The notes under the pieces are model-generated. The model saw only the letters and a program-made list of their open reading frames with translations. It searched no databases and was not told the origin of the DNA. Shown in pieces: positions 1-8,646 of a DNA stretch of 20,000 nucleotides (its first letter is position 1; each line of letters opens with the position of its first letter). This stretch comes from an uncultured virus (IMG/VR IMGVR_UViG_3300021084_000006) (Duplodnaviria; Heunggongvirae; Uroviricota; Caudoviricetes). The stretch covers positions 51,815-71,814 of IMG/VR virus record IMGVR_UViG_3300021084_000006; one strand, 5' to 3'. A program made the position numbers and the translations under genes.

Positions 1-7
1 ATATTGT

Positions 8-670
8 TTAATTGTTTTTTAATAATTCTAATACTTCAGTCAATGATTCATGACGGTGGTTATCTTCTAGTACAACTTTATATACATGAAGAGAACTTGT
101 AATCTTAGCAACTTCATTAATTGCAGAATAATTTTTGTCTTTTAAATCTATTTGTTGATTGTCTCCACAAAAGATCATCATTGAATCTTTACCTAGTCTA
201 CTTAAAGCCATTGAAAACTGAGAGCGTGTTAAGTTCTGAAACTCATCTACAATAACAACAGAGTGATCAAATGTCCTTCCTCTAAAATGAGATAAAGAAA
301 CCAATTCTATTTGTTCTTCAGATTCAAGCTTCTCTAAAAGCTCAGGTTTATTATAGACCTTACGCATATTAGATTTAATAGGTACCAACCAAGGTTCCAT
401 CTTTTCTTTTTCAGAGCCAGGTAAAAAACCATTATCTTCTGTTGCCACAGTAGGCCTAGTAATAATAATCTTATTGTATTGTCTCTTAAAAAATTGATCT
501 AGTGCTATTTGGACAGCAAGTAGTGTTTTACCACTACCTGCGTTCCCATGTATAAAACTAAAAGGATGTTTAAGTATTTGTTCTTTTGCAACCTTTTGTT
601 CTTCTGATAATGTAATACTAAATCTGATAGACCCTTTAGGTGGTCTCTTTGTTATATTTGTTTTTGCCAT
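8..670 (-). CDS. phoH: PhoH family ATPase
   Basis: Walker A GNAGSGKT plus the PhoH motifs ITRP, GFLPG, RGRTF, DEFQN and GDNQQID. The start overlaps the polymerase stop by 1 nt. Confidence 0.95.
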   Translation of the reverse strand: MAKTNITKRPPKGSIRFSITLSEEQKVAKEQILKHPFSFIHGNAGSGKTLLAVQIALDQFFKRQYNKIIITRPTVATEDNGFLPGSEKEKMEPWLVPIKSNMRKVYNKPELLEKLESEEQIELVSLSHFRGRTFDHSVVIVDEFQNLTRSQFSMALSRLGKDSMMIFCGDNQQIDLKDKNYSAINEVAKITSSLHVYKVVLEDNHRHESLTEVLELLKNN

Positions 671-2676
671 TAGAATAGTGTTAATTGATTTGGAGCAACA
701 TCAATAATATTATTAATCTCTTGCTCTATAGCTTCAAGATAATATTTTTTATCAATATCATAGTTTTCCCACTTAGGTTCTAATTGCATATCATTAAATA
801 TTGACTGCAACCATTTGCCAGCTTCTAACTGTATCTCTCTTTTATCTTTCTTGTTAACTTTAAGAATCTTTACACCGGATTTAGATATAAAATATCTATT
901 AATCTTCTGTAATTTTTCTTCATCAAATATACCATTCTTTATTTGTCTAGCAACCTGTTGCCAATCACCTTTTGATTTTCCACCAATACAATAATCTAAT
1001 ATGTTTTTATTTGTATCAATATAATCTTCAGGTAACATATCATGAACAAAGTAATGATAGATTGCCTTTGGTATAACAAGTTTAGATTTATTCTTGTGCA
1101 ACTGCAGGTTATGAAAATCAAATCTACCCTTAAGTTTTACCGGGGCAAAACTAAACTTATCATTCTCTACTTTAAATAAGTAATGAGGATTGTCAGTTTT
1201 TAGTTTTCTCCAAGTAGATATATCTACATCAACCCACTTATTAATACCAATGTAGTTGTTAACATCACCAATAACCATCTTCTGATATTCATCATGCTCT
1301 AAATTAAGATTGGTTTTCTTTTCCCATTCTTCACATATAAGCATGTACTCATCATAAAATGCCTTTGGTATTATAGTTTCTACACCATCTGTGTTTTGTA
1401 ATAAAGCAATAGCACCCGGTATACGCTCCATAATTTGCTCATAAAGCATCATTAGGGATAGTTGACCATTGATTGTTATTCTCATACATAACTCAGGATC
1501 ATAAAAGAAGCTATTTTCATCATTGCTAAGACCAAAAGTAGAATTAAGTATAATCTTATATACATAGTTCATTGGATTGCTCTTAGGAATCTTCTTACGC
1601 TCTTCAAAGAACCACTCATATTGATTACAGAATTCTTCTTTAGGGAAATGACCCGGAGACCACTTGTTTTTAATAGCCAGATTAGGATAAAAAGATGTTA
1701 CATCAGAAGACATAATCATCATGTCATCATCCGGTTCATAAACACCTTTCTTTATAGCACCATGAACACCACCTAAACCAAAGTGTGTATTGACACCCTT
1801 ATAGTTTATGTTGTATTTAAAACTACCCTTAAGACTACCTGCGTTAACTTCTAATGAAGCAAACCTATCAAACAATACCTTAAACTCTTGAGATGAGAAA
1901 GAAATGTATGGTAATATAATATCCTTAATCTTAATTGTATCCCTATAAGTTCTCATCTGTTTGAGATCTCTTTTAGGAATATTTAAGTTTCTAGATAAAT
2001 AATATCCAAATATCTCTTTACTAATCCTAGGCTCTGAGGCACTAAACATGTTAATATTGTATGTACTTGTCAATTCTTTTCTTAAAGCTACTTGAGATCT
2101 TGATCTGTTATAGATTTCTTTTGTAGACTTAACATCATTAATGCAGTATTCAAGTATAGTGTCTAGATCTTTTTGAGTTCTGATTTCAGTTTCATGATGA
2201 ATAGGCATATCTAATATATTCTGCCAATCCATACTATACTGAATCCATTTAAGACTAGAACGTTTAGCCGGGTTATCCCAATGGTGCATTTTAAATAAAT
2301 CTATTTGACCTATTCTCATCTTCCATTGTGGATAATCACTAAACTCTTTATTGTTTGATTTCTGTATACATCTCTGTGCATACTTATAAATAATATTAGC
2401 AACTAGATGACCATCAAGACCTAAACCTTCTTCATCTTTCCATTTACTAACATTATCTAATATATAGTGAGTTACTTGCGCATCAAATGCTAATCCATTA
2501 TAGGATATATGCCACTCTTTGTTTGTGATGTTGTCTTCTAGAAAGTTTATAAATTCTGTCTGATCATTTCTTAACCGTGATATTACAAATATCTTAGTCT
2601 CTGTAGTTTTATAATTTTCAAAAACACCAGTAAAACAATCATAAAGTGTTTCATAATCCATTACCCAATGTTTCAT
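670..2676 (-). CDS. Family B DNA polymerase with 3'-5' exonuclease domain
   Basis: Exonuclease motifs DYET, YNGLAFD and YCINDV. Polymerase motifs A (SDVTSFYPN), B (KIILNSTFG) and C (NTDG). Confidence 0.92.
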   Translation of the reverse strand: MKHWVMDYETLYDCFTGVFENYKTTETKIFVISRLRNDQTEFINFLEDNITNKEWHISYNGLAFDAQVTHYILDNVSKWKDEEGLGLDGHLVANIIYKYAQRCIQKSNNKEFSDYPQWKMRIGQIDLFKMHHWDNPAKRSSLKWIQYSMDWQNILDMPIHHETEIRTQKDLDTILEYCINDVKSTKEIYNRSRSQVALRKELTSTYNINMFSASEPRISKEIFGYYLSRNLNIPKRDLKQMRTYRDTIKIKDIILPYISFSSQEFKVLFDRFASLEVNAGSLKGSFKYNINYKGVNTHFGLGGVHGAIKKGVYEPDDDMMIMSSDVTSFYPNLAIKNKWSPGHFPKEEFCNQYEWFFEERKKIPKSNPMNYVYKIILNSTFGLSNDENSFFYDPELCMRITINGQLSLMMLYEQIMERIPGAIALLQNTDGVETIIPKAFYDEYMLICEEWEKKTNLNLEHDEYQKMVIGDVNNYIGINKWVDVDISTWRKLKTDNPHYLFKVENDKFSFAPVKLKGRFDFHNLQLHKNKSKLVIPKAIYHYFVHDMLPEDYIDTNKNILDYCIGGKSKGDWQQVARQIKNGIFDEEKLQKINRYFISKSGVKILKVNKKDKREIQLEAGKWLQSIFNDMQLEPKWENYDIDKKYYLEAIEQEINNIIDVAPNQLTLF

Positions 2677-2819
2677 TCTTTTTCTTCTTTAAGTTTATCT
2701 TTAAATGTATGTAGAGTTCTTTCATTAATACCTAAAGCTTTAGCTGCACTTCTTACAGTTTTATGCTTTTTTAGAGCTAGAGTCATTAATCTCTCTTTCA
2801 TTTGTAACAGTGTTTCCAT
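2673..2819 (-). CDS. Standalone Fis-type helix-turn-helix protein, 48 aa (not in ORF track)
   Basis: Hand translation: METLLQMKERLMTLALKKHKTVRSAAKALGINERTLHTFKDKLKEEKE*. AL...AAKALGI..RTL fits the Fis/HTH_8 pattern. Its stop overlaps the polymerase start (ATGA). Confidence 0.85.
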   Translation of the reverse strand: METLLQMKERLMTLALKKHKTVRSAAKALGINERTLHTFKDKLKEEKE

Positions 2820-3093
2820 CTTTATAATTTTTAAGTGCTACTACTTTAGCTTCTAATATTAAATCCATAATACTATCATAGATGCTTTCTACTGCTTCAG
2901 GAGATCCCTCACGCTCTAACTTTTTATCAATCTCTCTTTCATATAAGTCAACAGTCTTGATTACTTGTTTAATCTTCTGTTTAACTTGTTGTGTATGTAT
3001 ATACTGTAACCCATGTGCAAGTTCACCTATGCACTTAGTCATAGCAAATAGGATGTTTACATCCATTATTTCTTCATCTGTTAATTTAGCCAT
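2761..3093 (-). CDS. Hypothetical protein, 110 aa
   Basis: ATG ORF in operon orientation with an A-rich leader. No motif recognised. The last 59 nt overlap the HTH ORF. Confidence 0.75.
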   Translation of the reverse strand: MAKLTDEEIMDVNILFAMTKCIGELAHGLQYIHTQQVKQKIKQVIKTVDLYEREIDKKLEREGSPEAVESIYDSIMDLILEAKVVALKNYKDGNTVTNEREINDSSSKKA

Positions 3094-3109
3094 ATAAATA
3101 TATTAGAGC

Positions 3110-3134
3110 AAAAAAAAGCCCAAATTAATGGGCT
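3110..3134 (-). terminator. Intrinsic terminator
   Basis: Minus strand reads AGCCCA-TTAATT-TGGGCT followed by a T run, in the gap downstream of the 138-aa ORF. Confidence 0.85.
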
Positions 3135-3167
3135 CCTTTACATTATTTAATAAATAGAATAGGCTAC

Positions 3168-3584
3168 TTATTGACCAGGCATGATAATTTTAGAAACTTT
3201 TGTTTCTTCAATATCTACAAAAAATTGTTTGTAATCATAAGAAGATGCATTGATTGCAAATATATTAATAAAGTCTTCAATGTCTTTTTTATCTGATAAA
3301 TAAAATTCAGAAAAAGTATCCACTAATCTTCTTTCTTCTTTATGTGTTTTACCTGTTTGCTTATTAGGTGTCTTAAGTCTCATAGGTTGACCATCATCAT
3401 CTAACTTAGGAACCATATGATAGGATTGTTTCATCACTTTACTGATGACTGCTAAAATGCCTGACGTAGGGTCAAACATAGCTTCTGTATAAGGTGAGTC
3501 ATTACTGACTGGAATCATTGTAAATGATTTAGCATTTCTAAAACTAGAACTTACTAACATCATATTTTGTCCAATTTTTGACAT
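3168..3584 (-). CDS. Hypothetical protein, 138 aa
   Basis: Clean ORF bracketed by a promoter-like element and a terminator. No motif recognised. Confidence 0.85.
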   Translation of the reverse strand: MSKIGQNMMLVSSSFRNAKSFTMIPVSNDSPYTEAMFDPTSGILAVISKVMKQSYHMVPKLDDDGQPMRLKTPNKQTGKTHKEERRLVDTFSEFYLSDKKDIEDFINIFAINASSYDYKQFFVDIEETKVSKIIMPGQ

Positions 3585-3596
3585 ATTGATTTTTTT

Positions 3597-4172
3597 TTAT
3601 TTAGGCAAATATACATTACATTCTTTTAATAAAGAAAGAAATGCACCATTTTTATTAATAACTGTTTCTTTTATCAAGTCTGGCGGGCTGCATAATTCAA
3701 ACACATCTTCTAAAAGTTCTACTTCAACATCTAGCTCATCAGCATAAAATTCATGAAATCCTTCTGGTGATAAAAATGCTTCAACAAAGTCTGAAGATTT
3801 AGAATCACTAAAGAAATCTATAATTATTACCTTAGAGTTTAAACTAAATTGAGAATATTTTCCTTTTAGAAATTTGTTAAAGTCACTTTTATAGCCTGAG
3901 AAATCAAAAACAAATAAATGTTTATTATCTCCCAGGTCTATATACTCATCAAATTTAGGATGGTTTCTTATGTATCTTTTACAGAACTTATCAAATGAAT
4001 CACACATTTTAACTTTGTATTCACAAAGAAATTTGTAATCATCAAAAGAGTGCACATTATCCATAGCTATATAAGTTTGCTTTGGAACGTATGCCAATCC
4101 TTTCTTTAAATCCAATAAAGGATAAAGAAAGACCCTACTCTTCTGAAAATAATCTGTATACACAATACCCAT
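3597..4172 (-). CDS. Hypothetical protein, probable start MGIVYTDY (191 aa)
   Basis: The ORF track starts at 4193, but the ATG at 4172 sits just after the nuclease stop (4174-4176) and is the more likely start. Confidence 0.8.
   Translation of the reverse strand: MGIVYTDYFQKSRVFLYPLLDLKKGLAYVPKQTYIAMDNVHSFDDYKFLCEYKVKMCDSFDKFCKRYIRNHPKFDEYIDLGDNKHLFVFDFSGYKSDFNKFLKGKYSQFSLNSKVIIIDFFSDSKSSDFVEAFLSPEGFHEFYADELDVEVELLEDVFELCSPPDLIKETVINKNGAFLSLLKECNVYLPK
3606..3613 (-). promoter_or_regulatory. Putative Bacteroidota-type -7 promoter element
   Basis: Minus strand TATATTTG matches TAnnTTTG, 21 nt upstream of the ATG at 3584. No clear -33 element. Confidence 0.55.
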
Positions 4173-4173
4173 A

Positions 4174-5172
4174 CTATAATCTAACTTTTTCAATTAAGAA
4201 ATTATAAGGTAAGCTATAATTTCTTTCATTATAATGGTATTCTGCAGCCTTAATTACATTACTAAAAGCTTGCGCCCATTTATTAAGTGTAGCATCTGTA
4301 ACTTCAAAAGTATAAACTTGGTTATATTTATCTATAACAACAAACTTAAACTCAATCTTATACTCATCTACATTATCAATTGATTTACTTATATCTTCAT
4401 AAACAAGTTTACAATAAATAGCAGCTTGAAGCCAGTAGTTATAAAACTCTACTGTATCATTAAAGTCAGCTATTGTTTTACCTGTAGTTTTAAGATCACA
4501 TATAGTTATAAGCTTCTCATCATGATTAACTTTATAGTAATCTATGTAACCATGCAAACCAAAAGGCATTTTAGATAATGTACAACTCAGATATTTTTCT
4601 GCATGAGTTTCTATTGGGTCTAAATCAAAGTCTGTTGAAACTTCTTCAAATATTGCCATAACATCACTGTTACTTTTAATAAACTCTGCCTGCTCTGTAC
4701 ACTTTAATAAAGTATCTTGATCTACAACATCAACGTTTTTGTTAGATAAGAATTCCCAATAAGGTTCAAACTCATCTTTTATAATCTTAACAATACGTTG
4801 CTCATCTGTTTTTAGAGACTGATACAAATTCATTTCTTTGAGTGAATCCAATACTATTTCAGATGGGACATCAAATAACTTTTCTGCATCAGTATATAAA
4901 GACATGTTCTTTAAAACCTTTCTAACACTATCTGATGGTGCTTTACCAGGTACAATACTAAACTTGTTCTCAACGTTTTCAGGTTCAAACACCAAACAAT
5001 GTACAAGCTTGCCTTCTACTAAATGTTTATCTGTTCTAACCTCACGGTCATTTAAAATATAGTCCTTATAAAATAAGGATGGTGAAAATAAAAGTTTATT
5101 TAAAGAAGAGTAGCTAAACTTAAATTTATCATTTGAGTAAAACTGCTCTTCTTTTTCAATGTTTCTATTCAT
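4174..5172 (-). CDS. PD-(D/E)XK nuclease (RecE/exonuclease VIII-like)
   Basis: SYSSL, GKLVHCLVFEP, GYIDY, DLKTT and WLQAAIY motifs. Confidence 0.88.
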   Translation of the reverse strand: MNRNIEKEEQFYSNDKFKFSYSSLNKLLFSPSLFYKDYILNDREVRTDKHLVEGKLVHCLVFEPENVENKFSIVPGKAPSDSVRKVLKNMSLYTDAEKLFDVPSEIVLDSLKEMNLYQSLKTDEQRIVKIIKDEFEPYWEFLSNKNVDVVDQDTLLKCTEQAEFIKSNSDVMAIFEEVSTDFDLDPIETHAEKYLSCTLSKMPFGLHGYIDYYKVNHDEKLITICDLKTTGKTIADFNDTVEFYNYWLQAAIYCKLVYEDISKSIDNVDEYKIEFKFVVIDKYNQVYTFEVTDATLNKWAQAFSNVIKAAEYHYNERNYSLPYNFLIEKVRL

Positions 5173-6331
5173 TAATTGAGTTATTATATTTTTCCTTTAA
5201 TACAAGATGTTCTAAATCAACTTTAAATACTTCAGCTCCTGGTCCTACCATTGCATTTAAGCATTTATTGAGAAATAAAGATCTGGTATTGTCAACAGCA
5301 AATTTAGTTAATTTTCTATCTTCTGTCAAAGCCATGATGTATCTATTATAAGAATAAACATTATTAGTATCATGACCACCTTCATATGATTTTAACCGTG
5401 ACCTCATAGCTTTTACATTTACTGTATTCCAATTATTAGTAGCTTTCATCCAATCATAGTGCCACCAATACAAACTAGATACTACATTAAATGATTTTTC
5501 TATATTAGAATTAGCTAGCATTTCAAGAGCCAATGTTCTATTTTCTATATCATTACTTGTAATCATCTGTTCTATGGTACCGTATTGATCATCTTCAATA
5601 ATTGCTAAATCTTCATCAATTATTTCAGTTATTGCAGTATCAAATACAACAGTAGCTACAGAATTAACAACTCTATCATAATCTTTAACTTTACCTTTTT
5701 CAATCATAACTACTCTAGATCCTAGATTTGCTGCTTCATGAAAAGGTTCTGTAATCTTAAGAAATTGGTCTCTCCATAACTGAACATTATTACTACTATT
5801 ATAGTAGTGTTGATTAAAAGCAACAATAGAGTTTTGATCCATTCCAGATAGTTTTTCTCTAAGCTGATTAAGAGCTCCATCAGTAAACATACCTTTCTCT
5901 TTTGCTATAATACAAACTCTAACGAAGTCTCTGTAATCTAAAAATTTATTACTATACCAATTGTATGTGAATAAAGATTCTAAAAACTTATATGACACTA
6001 CATGTATGTCTGCCTTATCACTATTCCTAGTAATTTTACAATCAAACCTTTCCTTTAACAAATCAAACTTTTGTCTTGGTAAGTTTAATTTAGGATATCT
6101 ATAAATCTTTACATCTTGTAAGCTAATAACAGATGGTTGCTGTTTACCAGTAACTATGTTATGTAACCCAAAATTTGCAAGATCATCACCTGATAAATGA
6201 TAGTTATCACTACTACCAACATACAGTTCATCTGTTAGTTCTATATCAAATGCTCCAGATGTTAGTTCAACGTTTTTGTTGACTGTAACATCATCTCTCT
6301 TTAAATTAAAATTATATATTTTTTTAGTCAT
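5165..6331 (-). CDS. Hypothetical protein with a BRCT-like segment, paralog of 6324-7361
   Basis: Residues ~74-113 (KIYRYPKLNLPRQKFDLLKERFDCKITRNSDKADIHVVS) resemble BRCT strands and helix. The ORF is solid; the domain call is by eye. Confidence 0.6.
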   Translation of the reverse strand: MTKKIYNFNLKRDDVTVNKNVELTSGAFDIELTDELYVGSSDNYHLSGDDLANFGLHNIVTGKQQPSVISLQDVKIYRYPKLNLPRQKFDLLKERFDCKITRNSDKADIHVVSYKFLESLFTYNWYSNKFLDYRDFVRVCIIAKEKGMFTDGALNQLREKLSGMDQNSIVAFNQHYYNSSNNVQLWRDQFLKITEPFHEAANLGSRVVMIEKGKVKDYDRVVNSVATVVFDTAITEIIDEDLAIIEDDQYGTIEQMITSNDIENRTLALEMLANSNIEKSFNVVSSLYWWHYDWMKATNNWNTVNVKAMRSRLKSYEGGHDTNNVYSYNRYIMALTEDRKLTKFAVDNTRSLFLNKCLNAMVGPGAEVFKVDLEHLVLKEKYNNSINE

Positions 6332-7361
6332 TTTTTAAATATTTTTGATATTCTTTTTTTACAGCTACTTTAAAAGTATAAAGATCCCTGTTATGAATGC
6401 TTATTTCTTTTCTTACTATAGGTTCTAAATATCTGAAACTTGTTTTACATAACAATTCTCTCTCTTCTAACCAAAGTATCATGTCCTGAGCACTCTTTCT
6501 TTCAAAATCAAGAAATCCAGATTCTTTTAACCAATACTGTAGATCTTTATCTCTGTTATCTGCATATGTTATACTACTACAGTCTTGTGAAAATTGCCAT
6601 AATAAATGATAATTTTTTTTATAATCTATAGTAGGAACAATTTTAAGAGCTAAGGCCTTATCATCACCATAAGCCTTTAATTGCGCTTTTAAATCATTAA
6701 ACAGACCTTCATCAAGAGTCATTTTAGTAGCAGATGCATGTAACACAGTCTCAGGATCAATAACACTAACATGTGTGGTATCAATTATATGAGCCAAGTT
6801 TATAGCCATACCAGTAAGCATCCAGGTATCATATAGACTATCATTTATATCTATATCATAATATCTTACATTGTCTGTAATCTTAGGTGTAATAATACAT
6901 TCTAAACCAGAATCTGAGACTTTTTTTAGGACACCTGTTTTTGTTGCATCTCCCATTGTAGTTTCATAATTCCATATCTTATTCATCATTATAGTAGACG
7001 GGATATTTTCCGCATTCTGTAATGTATGAGTAGAAATATCCTCATGCCCAATTATAAGATCTGCTAATTCATAATCATTTGTAACAGTTATACCGTGCTC
7101 TTTAAGAGCAGCCTTTAATCTATCTTGTGATACATTACACTTAGGTAGTATAAAAGCTTTCTTTTTGGTTCTAAAAGTTTGGTCATCTTCTGTGGGGACC
7201 GTTAATATACTGTGTATTTTTTCATATGTTGTTTGATCTTGAGTACATAATACTTTATTACAGTCTGTATTAGAGAGGACACCATAAACGGTGTCACTCT
7301 CCAATGCAAAGTAATTTAAAGCATCAGTATCAAAATCTTGATATACTGATTTATTTGCCAT
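6324..7361 (-). CDS. Hypothetical protein with a BRCT-like segment, paralog of 5165-6331
   Basis: Residues ~66-106 (KKAFILPKCNVSQDRLKAALKEHGITVTNDYELADLIIG) resemble the BRCT pattern. Confidence 0.62.
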   Translation of the reverse strand: MANKSVYQDFDTDALNYFALESDTVYGVLSNTDCNKVLCTQDQTTYEKIHSILTVPTEDDQTFRTKKKAFILPKCNVSQDRLKAALKEHGITVTNDYELADLIIGHEDISTHTLQNAENIPSTIMMNKIWNYETTMGDATKTGVLKKVSDSGLECIITPKITDNVRYYDIDINDSLYDTWMLTGMAINLAHIIDTTHVSVIDPETVLHASATKMTLDEGLFNDLKAQLKAYGDDKALALKIVPTIDYKKNYHLLWQFSQDCSSITYADNRDKDLQYWLKESGFLDFERKSAQDMILWLEERELLCKTSFRYLEPIVRKEISIHNRDLYTFKVAVKKEYQKYLKND

Positions 7362-7362
7362 T

Positions 7363-8631
7363 TTATTTCATTGTCATTTTAACAATCTCAGGGATCATCA
7401 TTAATTTATTGAACTTTTGTTTATTACCACTAAATATTGATCTTACAATCAAATATTTTAAGTCATTAGTAAAATAGTCTTCAGTACATAGTGTCTTTAG
7501 TCTATCTGTATTCTTTTGACTTACGGTATTTTCTTTAGAATACACAACAGCATAATTTGCTAAACGTGTAGCTAATGTAGATGCTATATCAGCACGGTAA
7601 TTATCATCCTTACCAATACAACTTCTAAGTTCACCTAAAATATATTGCTGATTATCATGTGTCAACAAATCTTTTGGTGTTACAAGCTTATCAAGTTTAT
7701 TATTAATGAAGGTTGTGAACATTGATGCAAAAGCATCACCTACACTACCCTCACCAATCATTTGAATCATGCTGAGGTTATCTTCAAAATTATCAAAACT
7801 TGATATAGCATTAAAGAATGTAGTAATAGATCTTGCATTTGTTTCTTGAGTTACTAACTCAGGATTCAATAACAAAAAGTTAATACATCTAGAATCTACA
7901 CCTGCTTCTTCTGCCCATTGAGCCCATACATTAACATCAAACTTAAGATTTGCGGTTACATATCTAGTCTTCTGTGCACTATCTACACTGTTAACCATAT
8001 AATCTCCGTTATCCGGGTTAGCTGTTAATATAATATGCCAATCCTGTGGTAGTGTCCATGAAATATAAGACTGTCTGTCAATCAATTCCATACAAGCTTG
8101 AATAAAACGTACATCAGCACGGTTCCAGTCATCTAGTAATAAGATACCACCTGATTTTTTATCAGCAATCCACTCTGGTGGACAATAAGACATTCTGTTC
8201 TTACCAGTCATTTTGTATCCATTTTTTAGATACTCTTGTACAGCAAGTTCATCAACCCATAAACCAACTTTTTTGGTTTTTGCTTGAGGCATCTTTGCCA
8301 GAGATGATGATGCAGCAGCTCTTTGTGCAGCAGTATAAGATATGTCATTTTTATTTTCTGAAACTTTTGTCTCTTTATACATTTGGAATTGTCTAACTGG
8401 GAAACCTACTAAGTCACCTAGCTCTTCTATCTGTGCTAAGTTTAACTTAACAAAGTTTAAATCATTCTCTTTAGCTAGTTCAACAATGGTTGACGTTTTA
8501 CCAATACCTGATTCACCAACAACCTCAACAGATACAGATTGCTTACCTTCTTTTTGTAAGAATCTGTTGTTTGTGATTATGTGGTTTACAAATCCTTTTA
8601 GTTCTGTAGCATTTAAATTTACTTGACCCAT
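7363..8631 (-). CDS. MoxR-like AAA+ ATPase
   Basis: Walker A GESGIGKT, GDLVGFP, PPEW, Walker B LLLDDWNRA, sensor-1 LTANP and DSAQKTR. Adjacent to a vWA gene. Confidence 0.9.
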   Translation of the reverse strand: MGQVNLNATELKGFVNHIITNNRFLQKEGKQSVSVEVVGESGIGKTSTIVELAKENDLNFVKLNLAQIEELGDLVGFPVRQFQMYKETKVSENKNDISYTAAQRAAASSSLAKMPQAKTKKVGLWVDELAVQEYLKNGYKMTGKNRMSYCPPEWIADKKSGGILLLDDWNRADVRFIQACMELIDRQSYISWTLPQDWHIILTANPDNGDYMVNSVDSAQKTRYVTANLKFDVNVWAQWAEEAGVDSRCINFLLLNPELVTQETNARSITTFFNAISSFDNFEDNLSMIQMIGEGSVGDAFASMFTTFINNKLDKLVTPKDLLTHDNQQYILGELRSCIGKDDNYRADIASTLATRLANYAVVYSKENTVSQKNTDRLKTLCTEDYFTNDLKYLIVRSIFSGNKQKFNKLMMIPEIVKMTMK

Positions 8632-8646
8632 TTTTACTTTTTTAAT

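Noticed and set aside
670..2676. Intein or intron in the polymerase (also considered for both helicases)
   Set aside because: Catalytic motifs are compactly spaced and no intein or homing endonuclease signatures were seen.
4174..5172. Cas4 / CRISPR system
   Set aside because: No Fe-S cysteine cluster pattern, no other cas genes and no repeat-spacer array in the window.
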